From Cyclobacteriaceae bacterium (GTDB taxonomy: Bacteria; Bacteroidota; Bacteroidia; Cytophagales; Cyclobacteriaceae), in NCBI GenBank assembly GCA_044223085.1, contig JBGAMI010000015.1:8207-72206 (forward strand): 64,000 nucleotides of DNA. Direction: 5' to 3'. The stretch's first letter is position 1; each line of letters begins with the position of its first letter. A model generated the notes under the pieces. The model did not search any database. It saw nothing but the letters and a program-made list of their open reading frames with translations, and was not told the DNA's origin. This document shows positions 1 to 10,100 of the stretch, piece after piece. A program made the position numbers and the translations under genes.

Positions 1-3000
1 TTTGCCGCTATTGCATCAAAAAATAATTATGTTCCGGGATGCGGTGATATCGACCTCTTAAATAAGGGTTTCTATTCTACTGTTGACCAGTGCGCGCCAG
101 TCAATATGAATTTTTGGCAGTGGACATACGAAGTAAGTATGCTTTATCGGAATAGTACTAAGTATGGTGGACTTCGATTCACCATGGCATGGGGTGATCC
201 GGGGAACACGTCCACCAATCATATACCTTTTGACTCCGACAATCTTGGCGGAGCTGTCCCTAAGTACAGCTCTTTAGGGATAAAGCTCACCACCCAGCCA
301 GTCTCCTATTCAACTGTCAGGCCTTCCTTTGTATATCCTGCAACCTATGCGCTGCCAGCACCTACCAGCTGTGAGTTTACAATGAAACTTACTCCATTTT
401 TTGCTGGACTTGGTTCTTGTGGGACTAAGATTGATCAGCAACTCTTACCCTCATACGACACAGATAACAAGAACACAGGCACTTTAAATATGCCTCCATT
501 TGTGCTTGGTAGCGATAAGGTCTGTCGCGGTACCAATGTTAACATGAAATTCACCGACAACACCCTGCTGAATTGCCGGGTGGCTGTAGAAGCGAACGCT
601 GCGAATGACCAGATTCGTTATATCCGGACTTACGGAAGCCAGAATTTTGCTGCCCCAGGCAATATTCCAGACGTACGCGTAACGCTTCCAGCAGCACTTG
701 GTGGCACTACGACCCAGGTAACCAATAACGATGCGACGGGGTCTTTGATCTTTCCAACAGGCTACTTTCCGACTGGCTTAGGTGGTGTCGGTGTCCCGGA
801 TGCCAATGGGGTTATTCAATTAGCCACACCGGTTACTGCAGCAACAGCAGTTACCTACATGGGCAACATCACCACAACAATTACTACTAACCAGGTTGTG
901 GCTCAACGGTTTTACGTGAAACTGGAATATTGGGATGTTTGTAATCTCTATGATCCGTTCAACGCGGCGGCCACCTTACCCTTAGCCGAAAGTATCTCGA
1001 ACTTTGTTGAAATTATTCCTAAACCGGCTGCGTTGACAACAACCGGACTTTCCATTTGTTATACAAATCCGAACAGCACGGCATTTAATTTTACCGTCGC
1101 AGGTGGGGCCGTTGGACGGACGGCGGTCAAGTGGTACAATAAGAACCCTCTGTTGGGTGGTGCGACATTGTTAAATAACACTGCCGGTGCAAATTCGCTT
1201 ACCTTCCCCGCATCTGCCTATAGTGTGGGCACCAACCCATCAGTGGTAGGTGGCACATTCAAGAGCAATAACGTTAACGGCGCCTACTACTCGGTATGGG
1301 CAACCCAGGTGACCGGTGCAACCAATGCCTGCGAGAGTGACCCCATTGAAGTAGTTATTATCCAACAACCTGATATCTCTACCCTCATCCCTGCGGTACC
1401 TACAGGATCAAATAGTCTGTGTAACGGTCCTCCGGGAACGACCGCCGTGTACAACGAAGGTACATTGCCAGCGACCAAGAATATCGCCATCACCACGTTT
1501 ACCAACCCGGCAGCGATTTCTCTCCCCACGCAAAACACCTGGTCTCATTCGTTTGGAGCCGGTGTATCGGTAGCACCAACCACCGGAAACTCAACTACCG
1601 GGACATTCAACATTGCAGCACAGCCCAACCCTTCGGTCACTGCAAATATCAGTGTAGCCCTTCAGTATCAACCTACGGTCGTGACGGTGGTAAGTACCGT
1701 TCCAGCACCGTTCACCTTGCCATCGTATACCATAACGGCTCAATCCTGTACCACCAACAATGCCAACCTGGCCGTAACTGTATTTGGACAAAGTAATGGC
1801 GGTACGGCCTCTCCGGCCACCCAGACCATTTGCGATCTGGCAGCAGCATCCAATATTTCTATCGCGGGTCAGCGCGGTTCGATTGTCGGATGGGAGAAGT
1901 CCGTGAACGGGGGAGCATTCGCAGTAGACGTATCCTTGGGCACAGCGAATCCTATTTCGCCAGCAACACCATTAGTAGGAGGTATACAGACGGTTTACAG
2001 GTTTCATGCTATTGTGCAAAATGGGCCTTGTGCCACTGCCTTAAGTACAGATGCCGTGGTAACGGTAAACCCGATTCCTCCGACTCCAACCATCACGCCA
2101 TCGGGCCCCACTTCTTTTTGTATTGGCGGGTCAGTTACCCTTAGCTCAAGCAATACCATAGCATCTTCCTATCAGTGGTATAAGAATGGAGTAGCAGTTG
2201 GCGGAGCTACTTCTCAAACTTTGCTGATTAACGCAATTGCCCAAAATGGAACTTACACCGTTCAAACCATAGGCGTTGCACCTTCCAACTGCCCGAGTCC
2301 GGTTTCAGCGGGTACCCTGGTTACTGTCAATCCATTGCCAACGGTGTCCGCAGCAGCTGGTGGTGGGTCGGTCTGCGGCGGATCTCCGGCTCCAGATATA
2401 ACCTTCACCCTTACTGGCACTGCGCCATTCACGCTTAGCTACACAGACGGCACAACCACCTTTACAGGGATAACCGAACCGACCAATACGTATACCGTAG
2501 TGGCACCAACAATTGCGGGGACCTATAAGATCACTGCACTCACGGATGCCAATGGCTGCGTCGGCACGGCCCTGGCGCCCTCCAGAACCATCACCGTTGG
2601 TGGTACGGCTCCTAGTTTTACCTCAGGACCATCATTAACGCCTACGTCTACTTGCTTTAATGGTGCTTCAACAACCAATCCGACGCTCAACTTCAACCTG
2701 GATCCCGGGTCTGCATCAACGGCAGGATTTACGCTCACCTATAAGATTAATGGTAGTGCCAATCGTACCAAGGTTTTTGCTACCAACGCAGCAAGCGCTC
2801 CCACAGCAGCCATCACCTTTTCCGATGTCGAATTGGATGTTGCAGGAACTCACACGGTAACCATTGTTTCAATATTATCTTCATTCGGGTGTTTAGGCAC
2901 ATTCAACACACCACTAACCTATACCGTCAATGCACTGCCAGCAGCGCCCACCGGACCTGTTGGATCAACCTATTGTTCTTCCGGACCTCCTTCAGCCATC

Positions 3001-6000
3001 AGTGTTGCAAACCCGGGCGGTGGTGCAACCATCGACTGGTATGCCGCCGCGTCTGGCGGAGTTGTACTGGCAGGTGGAACTGGTACCCTTTCTTTCACAC
3101 CTCCATCTAACGGAACCTATTTTGCTGAAACACGCTCAGCGGCAGGTTGCGTAAGCACCACACGTACTTCCGTAGTATCCACCATTGATAACGTTACTGC
3201 AGCTGCTGCAGCTGGTCCTGATATCCTCGGCCTATGTACAAGTTCTCCCTCTACCGTCCTCGCGGCAACCGCCGTGAATGCAGGTGGAGTAGGAGGTTGG
3301 ACTGTTCCTGGCAAAATCGCTTATTTCCAGAACTTCAACAGCTATGCCAACAACACAACCACTTCCAGCGGTGTGAATGGTTGGACTATCGATACCAGTG
3401 ATCCGATTGACCTGGCACCGGTAGCACCAAATGTGACTACTTCACCGGCTCCCGGAGGAAGTGCTTTTACAGGTGGACAAGGTTATTTTTCAGTTCAGTC
3501 AAACCGTTTTGAATGTAACGATACCAACGGATCATTAGGTGGCACGACAGCCAATATGGCCGATGTAGTTTGGATTTCACCGGTCATCAGTCTTACGGGC
3601 TTCGCAACCGTTCAGGCCAGTGTGGACATGATCAACACTTCTACGGGTGGTCAGGTGCTGGATGGTGGTGCAGACGCCGATTACTATCAGGTGTTGTATA
3701 AACTCAACGGAGGTGCCTTAACCACATTTGCCACCAACGGATACATTCAGGGAAATGGTGGTGCACCATTCTCGGTTTCAGGAAATACGTTGACTGCCAA
3801 CAGCGGGTCTCTGGCTGGTGGGGGTACCATCCAGATTTTTGTAAAAATGAGTACCAACCAGTCCAATGAAAAGATAGCCATTGATAACATCAAGGTATTT
3901 GACCCTGCAAGCTCTATCACATTTACTGACGCAAATAGTGCCACCGCAACCGTCAGTGGTCTTCCGGCTCCGGCACTTGGTGCGGCACCAATCTCCACCA
4001 CGCTGCGTTGGACGGCCTCCAGCGCACTGGGTGTATGTCCTCCGACAACGGATGATGTCATTGTTACGGTTAACCCTTTGCCTGACCTGGCGACACCACA
4101 GACTACAACTATCTGTAGTGGTGCTGCAGTCAATTATAAGATTCTCCTGAACCCGGCAGGTTTCCCGGCGACGACGAAGTTTACGTGGCCCGCCCCGACC
4201 ATGTCTGCGGGTGCCGCTCAAGGAACGGCCAACCCCAGCGGTGCTGCCGGAGAATTGCAAAGCAATGCCTTGCACATTACCGATGTGCTTAACAACACTT
4301 CTGGCTCAAACATTACAGCTACGTACAACATCACACCCAAGGATCAGTTTGGTTGTACCGGTGCCATACGAACCGTCGTGGTAACAGTTAAACCTGCGCC
4401 GGTGGTTGCTGCAGCCCAGACGAAATCCATATGCAGTGGTGCTGCGGTTAATTATAAGATACTGTTAACTCCTGCGGGTCTACCGGCCACCACCAGATTT
4501 ACCTGGCCTGCGCCAACCATGTCCGCCGGTATCGCTCAGGGAACCGCCAACCCCAGTGGAGCAGCGGGTGAATTGCAGAGCAATGCGCTTCACATCACGG
4601 ATGTATTGATCAATAACTCAGCGGCTCCCATTACGGCCACATATAACATAACACCTTTTGATGGTGCTTGCGTGGGTGCCACAGTTCCGGTGGTTATTAC
4701 CATCAATCCGCTGCCGGTAGCCAACCCGATTTCCGGACAGGCTGCCGTTTGTATTGGTCCTACTACGGTGTTGTATCAGGTTACTCCGAAGGCAGGTTCA
4801 ACATATGCATGGAATGTGCCGGCACCGTTCGTGAAATTCGGTGGTGGAACACCCACAGACTTCTTTGTGCTTGTTCAATTCCCGGCCATTGGCTCTGGTA
4901 ATATCACCATGACAGAAACCAATAGTTTTGGTTGTGTGGGGTCAGTCAATACGTTTGCCGTCACCGCTTCGGCAGCACCCGGATCCTTTGTGATTTCAGG
5001 AGCAGATCCGGTCTGTCAGAATCAAACAGGTGTGCCGTATTCAGTTCCGGCAGCAGCTTTCAATGCTACATCAACCTATAACTGGACAGCCACCGGTGCC
5101 ACCATCACCAGTGCGGCCAGTGGACCAGGCCTGGGGACCATTTCAGTGGACTTTGGCTCGGTAACCTCTGCGATAATTTCGGTCAGTGAAGTAAGTACGT
5201 CGGGTTGTTCTTCGCCGACGCCCATTACCAAAACGGTAACAGTAAGCAATACACCCACCATGACCTCCTTGAACTCCACTACCATCTGTAGCGGAGGTAC
5301 GCCTTCTCTGGTCTTTACATCCACCGTGGCAAGTACATTTGCCTGGAAAGTGACGGGTATTACCGGTGCTATCACAGGAGCTGTTTTGAACCAGGTAGGA
5401 AGCGGGAATTTCTCAGCAACCTTTACGGGTGCCGCCGCCCTGTTTAATACGACCGGCTTGATCGGTTCAGTAACATTTGATGTGACGCCAACTGGTACGG
5501 CCGCCCCTAATTGTGATGGCCCCACCCAGACGGTAACCATTTTTGTAAATCCGGAGCCCGTTCTGGTAACGCCTCAGACCACGGCCATCTGTAGTGGTTC
5601 CAATGTCAATTACGAAATACTCCTTACGCCTGCCAACCTTCCTGCAGGTACACTATTTAGCTGGGCCGCCCCAACCATGTCAGATGCGTCGGTTCAGGGG
5701 ATTGCACGTTCCAACATACCGATGGGAGTTGCGGGTACCAAGCATATCCTGGATGCATTAACGAATGCCTCCACTTCTCCGATCACAGCTACCTACACCA
5801 TTTCAGCCACCAGCGGTATTGGTTGCGTGAGCAATCAGGCTGCTGCCAGCAGAACGGTTGTAGTAACCGTAAATCCGATACCTGCACTCAGCAGCACACT
5901 TACACCTGCCGCCATTTGTAGTGGAGCTACTTTTGCCTACACACCGACGAGCGCTGTGGCCGGAACAACATTCTCATGGTCGCGTGCCGCAATTGCGGGC

Positions 6001-7134
6001 ATCACTCAGGCAGCAGCTTCAGGGACCGGCAGCGTAAGTGAGACGCTTACCAACACAACGGCTTCTCCCATTGCGGTGACCTATGCTTACACGTCTACAG
6101 CAAACGGATGCCCAAGTAATCCCGCGCAGAGCGTAGTGGTGACGGTGAATCCCATTCCATCCCTCAGCAGTGCCCTGGTAGCCCCTGCGATATGTAGTGG
6201 TGCAACGTTCAATTATACGCCCACCAGCGCGACGGCTGGTTCCACATTCTCCTGGACCAGGGCGTTTGTTGCCGGGATCGCCGAGGGAGCCTCCTCAGGA
6301 ACTGCCAATATCAGCGAGGTTCTCACAAACACAACAACCAGTCCCATTGTCGTTACTTACATATACACGACAACAGCTGCCGGCTGTAACTCTTCTCAGA
6401 ACGTTACGGTAACCGTAAATCCAACGCCACAACTGAGCAGTTCACTGGCACCGCCTTCTATTTGTAGCGCCACAACATTTGCCTATACACCGACCAGCGC
6501 GGTCGCTGGCGCCACCTTTGCGTGGACCCGCGCAGCCGTCGCTGGAATCAGTCAGGCCGCCGGAGGCGGCACCGGAAACATCAGCGAGACGTTGACCAAT
6601 ACAACGGCGTCCCCGGTTTCGGTTACATATGCCATAGTCACCACAGCAAACAGCTGCCCCGGACCATCTCAAAACGTTGTGGTAACGGTGAATCCGTTCC
6701 CGACCTTAAGCAGCAGCTTAACGCCACCTTCTATTTGTAGTGCAACAACCTTTAATTATACGCCTACCAGTGCTACCCCTGGAGCCACTTTTGCCTGGAG
6801 CCGGGCCCTCGTAGTCGGTATCAGTCAAATTGCATCATCCGGAACAGGTACTATCAGTGAGACACTGACAAATACCACCACCGCCCCCGTAGTGGTTACT
6901 TATTCCATCACCACCACGGCCAATACCTGCGTGGGTGTTCCTCAAAGTGTAACGGTAACGGTCAATCCGATACCATCTTTGAGCAGCACACTTACTCCGG
7001 CAGCGATATGCAGTGCAACGACCTTTGCTTATACACCTACCAGTGCAGTTGCAGGTGCCACTTTTGCGTATCCAGTGGAACTGGAGCTATTAGTGAAACA
7101 CTTTCCAACACCACCACGGCGCCAGTCGTTGTGA
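1..7134 (+). CDS. Giant T9SS-secreted cell-surface adhesin, upstream reading frame. It is 5'-truncated by the window edge, and the frame is lost at ~7069.
   Basis: Frame 1 has no stop from nt 1, and the first Met (nt 106) has no signal peptide, so the start lies upstream. The protein is Thr/Ser/Ala/Gly-rich with repeated Ig/PKD-like modules of the form NP.P...ICSG...GC...VTV. After ...AGATFA at 7068 the repeat sense continues in frame 3, while frame 1 reads nonsense to the stop at 7134. Confidence 0.85.
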   Translation, partial: FAAIASKNNYVPGCGDIDLLNKGFYSTVDQCAPVNMNFWQWTYEVSMLYRNSTKYGGLRFTMAWGDPGNTSTNHIPFDSDNLGGAVPKYSSLGIKLTTQPVSYSTVRPSFVYPATYALPAPTSCEFTMKLTPFFAGLGSCGTKIDQQLLPSYDTDNKNTGTLNMPPFVLGSDKVCRGTNVNMKFTDNTLLNCRVAVEANAANDQIRYIRTYGSQNFAAPGNIPDVRVTLPAALGGTTTQVTNNDATGSLIFPTGYFPTGLGGVGVPDANGVIQLATPVTAATAVTYMGNITTTITTNQVVAQRFYVKLEYWDVCNLYDPFNAAATLPLAESISNFVEIIPKPAALTTTGLSICYTNPNSTAFNFTVAGGAVGRTAVKWYNKNPLLGGATLLNNTAGANSLTFPASAYSVGTNPSVVGGTFKSNNVNGAYYSVWATQVTGATNACESDPIEVVIIQQPDISTLIPAVPTGSNSLCNGPPGTTAVYNEGTLPATKNIAITTFTNPAAISLPTQNTWSHSFGAGVSVAPTTGNSTTGTFNIAAQPNPSVTANISVALQYQPTVVTVVSTVPAPFTLPSYTITAQSCTTNNANLAVTVFGQSNGGTASPATQTICDLAAASNISIAGQRGSIVGWEKSVNGGAFAVDVSLGTANPISPATPLVGGIQTVYRFHAIVQNGPCATALSTDAVVTVNPIPPTPTITPSGPTSFCIGGSVTLSSSNTIASSYQWYKNGVAVGGATSQTLLINAIAQNGTYTVQTIGVAPSNCPSPVSAGTLVTVNPLPTVSAAAGGGSVCGGSPAPDITFTLTGTAPFTLSYTDGTTTFTGITEPTNTYTVVAPTIAGTYKITALTDANGCVGTALAPSRTITVGGTAPSFTSGPSLTPTSTCFNGASTTNPTLNFNLDPGSASTAGFTLTYKINGSANRTKVFATNAASAPTAAITFSDVELDVAGTHTVTIVSILSSFGCLGTFNTPLTYTVNALPAAPTGPVGSTYCSSGPPSAISVANPGGGATIDWYAAASGGVVLAGGTGTLSFTPPSNGTYFAETRSAAGCVSTTRTSVVSTIDNVTAAAAAGPDILGLCTSSPSTVLAATAVNAGGVGGWTVPGKIAYFQNFNSYANNTTTSSGVNGWTIDTSDPIDLAPVAPNVTTSPAPGGSAFTGGQGYFSVQSNRFECNDTNGSLGGTTANMADVVWISPVISLTGFATVQASVDMINTSTGGQVLDGGADADYYQVLYKLNGGALTTFATNGYIQGNGGAPFSVSGNTLTANSGSLAGGGTIQIFVKMSTNQSNEKIAIDNIKVFDPASSITFTDANSATATVSGLPAPALGAAPISTTLRWTASSALGVCPPTTDDVIVTVNPLPDLATPQTTTICSGAAVNYKILLNPAGFPATTKFTWPAPTMSAGAAQGTANPSGAAGELQSNALHITDVLNNTSGSNITATYNITPKDQFGCTGAIRTVVVTVKPAPVVAAAQTKSICSGAAVNYKILLTPAGLPATTRFTWPAPTMSAGIAQGTANPSGAAGELQSNALHITDVLINNSAAPITATYNITPFDGACVGATVPVVITINPLPVANPISGQAAVCIGPTTVLYQVTPKAGSTYAWNVPAPFVKFGGGTPTDFFVLVQFPAIGSGNITMTETNSFGCVGSVNTFAVTASAAPGSFVISGADPVCQNQTGVPYSVPAAAFNATSTYNWTATGATITSAASGPGLGTISVDFGSVTSAIISVSEVSTSGCSSPTPITKTVTVSNTPTMTSLNSTTICSGGTPSLVFTSTVASTFAWKVTGITGAITGAVLNQVGSGNFSATFTGAAALFNTTGLIGSVTFDVTPTGTAAPNCDGPTQTVTIFVNPEPVLVTPQTTAICSGSNVNYEILLTPANLPAGTLFSWAAPTMSDASVQGIARSNIPMGVAGTKHILDALTNASTSPITATYTISATSGIGCVSNQAAASRTVVVTVNPIPALSSTLTPAAICSGATFAYTPTSAVAGTTFSWSRAAIAGITQAAASGTGSVSETLTNTTASPIAVTYAYTSTANGCPSNPAQSVVVTVNPIPSLSSALVAPAICSGATFNYTPTSATAGSTFSWTRAFVAGIAEGASSGTANISEVLTNTTTSPIVVTYIYTTTAAGCNSSQNVTVTVNPTPQLSSSLAPPSICSATTFAYTPTSAVAGATFAWTRAAVAGISQAAGGGTGNISETLTNTTASPVSVTYAIVTTANSCPGPSQNVVVTVNPFPTLSSSLTPPSICSATTFNYTPTSATPGATFAWSRALVVGISQIASSGTGTISETLTNTTTAPVVVTYSITTTANTCVGVPQSVTVTVNPIPSLSSTLTPAAICSATTFAYTPTSAVAGATFAYPVELELLVKHFPTPPRRQSL
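4072..4704 (+). repeat. Two adjacent ~105-codon modules of a second repeat family (..TPQTTTICSGAAVNYKILL.PAG.PATT.FTWPAPTMSAG.AQGTANPSGAAGELQSNALHITDVL..). A diverged third copy lies at 5548-5871.
   Basis: Long runs are identical at the amino-acid level between 4072-4389 and 4390-4704, with many synonymous nucleotide differences. Confidence 0.85.
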
Positions 7135-10100
7135 CCTATGCGTTCACAACAACAGCCAATGGATGTAGTGCTCCTCAGAACGTGACGGTAACCGTGAACC
7201 CGATACCGGTGTTGAGTAGTTCGTTGACACCCCCGGCTATCTGTAGTGCAACAACCTTTAACTATATCGCGACAAGTGCTACAGCTGGTGCTACGTTTGC
7301 ATGGACCCGTGCAGCCGTTGCCGGCATTAGCCAGGCCGCAGCCAGTGGAACCGGCTCGGTGAGTGAAACATTGACCAATACCACGACGGCGCCTGTTGTG
7401 GTGACTTATTCATATACCACTACGGCAAATGGTTGCAGCAATACACCTCAGAATGTAACCGTTACGGTAAACCCGATTCCTGCCTTGAGCAGCACGCTTA
7501 CCCCTGCGGCGATATGCAGTGGATCAACCTTCACCTATACAGCAACCAGTGCCACAGCAGGAGCGACCTTCTCCTGGACCAGGGCAGTGGTGGCAGGCAT
7601 AAGCCAGGCGGCAGCAGTTGGTTCTGGTAACATCAGTGAGGTGCTTACCAATACTACCAATGCGCCTGTTGCATTGACGTATGTGTATACCACGTCAGCC
7701 AATGGATGTACGAGTGCTCCGCAGAATGTGGTGTTGACCGTAAACCCGGTTCCTTCACTGAGCAGTACGCTGACACCTCCGGCCATATGCAGCGCTACCG
7801 TATTTTCTTATACACCCACCAGCGCAGTAGCAGGTGCCACGTTTGCCTGGACCCGAGCCCTGGTGGCCGGTATTAGCCAGGCTGCCACCAGCGGTACAGG
7901 TGTAGTTAGTGAGACATTGACCAATACAACTACTGCACCTATAGCCGTGACCTATGCGTACACTACAACGGCCAATGGTTGCAGCAGCACACCGCAGAAT
8001 GTTATTGTAACAGTTAACCCTACACCAGTCCTGAGCAGTTCGTTAACTCCTCCGGCTATTTGTAGCGCAACCACGTTCACCTATACACCAACCAGCGCCA
8101 CGGCAGGTGCCACTTTCGCATGGACAAGAGCATTGGTAGCCGGCATTAGCCAGGCGGCCGCCAGCGGCACCGGCGGCATCAGTGAGACATTGACCAATAC
8201 CACGACGGCACCCATCGTGGTGACGTACGCAATTACCACGACAGCCAATGGGTGCAGCGATGCCCCCCAAAATGTTACGGTAACAGTCAATCCTATTCCT
8301 TCTTTGAGCAGTACACTCACACCGGTGGGTATATGCAGCGCGACAACGTTCACCTATACACCTACGAGTGCCGTTGCCGGTGCCACGTTCGCCTGGACCC
8401 GCGCTGCTGTGGTCGGTATTAGTCAGGCCGCCGCCGCAGGAGCAGGGTCTGTGAGCGAAACCCTAACCAACACAACAACAGCACCCGTCGTAGTGACCTA
8501 TGCTTACACGACTACGGCCAACGGCTGCAGCAATGCACCTCAGAATGTAACGGTAACGGTTAACCCTATACCGGCACTGAGCAGTACACTCACGCCTCCT
8601 GCAATTTGTAGTGCAACGACCTTTAGCTATACAGCCACCAGTGCGACGGCAGGGGCAACCTTCTCGTGGACCAGGGCAGCTGTGGTAGGCATTAGTCAGG
8701 CTGCATCGAGCGGCACTGGAAATGTGAGTGAAATCCTCACGAACACAACAACATCCCCCAAGAATGTCACCTACGCATACATCACGTCAGCAAATGGCTG
8801 TAGCAGTCTGGTAGAAAATGTTGTCGTAACAGTTAATCCTATTCCAACATTAAGCAGTACGCTAACGCCTGCCGGAATATGTAGCGCGACTACCTTTAGC
8901 TATACACCGACCAGTGCGGTGGCAGGTGCCACATTCACCTGGACACGAGCTTTGGTAGCTGGCATTTCCCAGGTTGCTTCGAGCGGTAGTGGCAATATCA
9001 GTGAAACGCTGACCAACACGACTACGGCGCCGATTGTGGTTACGTATGCCGTTACCACCACTGCGAATGGCTGTAACTCAACCCAAAATGTTACGGTTAC
9101 TGTAAACCCTATTCCGGTTCTCAGCAGTACGCTTACACCACCTGCGATTTGTAGTGGAACTACCTTTGCCTACACTGCCACCAGTGCAACCGCAGGGGCC
9201 ACGTTTGCATGGACACGTGCGCTGGTTGCAGGTATCAGTGAAGCGGCAGCAAGTGGAACAGGTAATGTCAGCGAAACGCTTACTAATACTACCGCGTCAC
9301 CCATTGTCGTGACCTATGCCTATACAACGACTGCGAACGGCTGTAATGCGCCCCAGAGTGTAACTGTAACTGTCAACCCGATACCGGTGTTGAGCAGTAC
9401 GTTGACTCCTCCCGCAATTTGCAGCGCAACCACATTTAGCTATGCAGCCACCTCAGCAACTGCAGGTGCAACTTTTGCATGGACCCGCGCAGCTGTAGCC
9501 GGCATTAGCCAGGCAGCTGGCTCCGGGATCGGTAGTGTGAGTGAAACATTAACCAACACTACATCAGCTCCGGTAGTGGTAACGTATGCCTACGTGACAT
9601 CCGCCAACGGCTGTAGCAGTGCGCCGCAGAATGTTACCGTAACAGTGAATCCAATTCCGACCCTCAGTAGCACACTTACCCCGGCTGCCATCTGTAGTGG
9701 AACGACATTTAACTACACGGCCACCAGTGCCACGGCAGGAGCATCATTCGCCTGGACCAGGGCTGTTGCTGCCGGTATAAGCCAGGGTGCCACCAGTGGA
9801 ACTGGCAACGTGAGTGAAGTGCTCACCAATACGACAACTGCTCCGGTATCCCTGACCTATGTGTATACAACAACTGCAAATGGTTGTGTGGGAGCTCCGC
9901 AGAATGTGGTGTTAACTGTTAATCCTACACCAGCACTGAGTAGTACACTTACACCTCCTGCTATTTGTAGCGGAACGACCTTTAGTTATACACCCACCAG
10001 CGCAACGGCAGGTTCTACATTCGCATGGACCCGTGCTGCAGTGATTGGCATCAGCCAGGCAGCTACGCTGGGTACAGCAGGTGTAAATGAAGTGCTGACC

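Noticed and set aside
7008-7134. Programmed -1 ribosomal frameshift joining the two adhesin frames
   Set aside because: There is no X XXY YYZ slippery heptamer or obvious downstream stimulatory structure at the junction (..GCC ACT TTT GCG TAT CCA GTG..). In addition, 13 conserved codons of the repeat are physically missing. That points to a deletion or assembly error rather than recoding.
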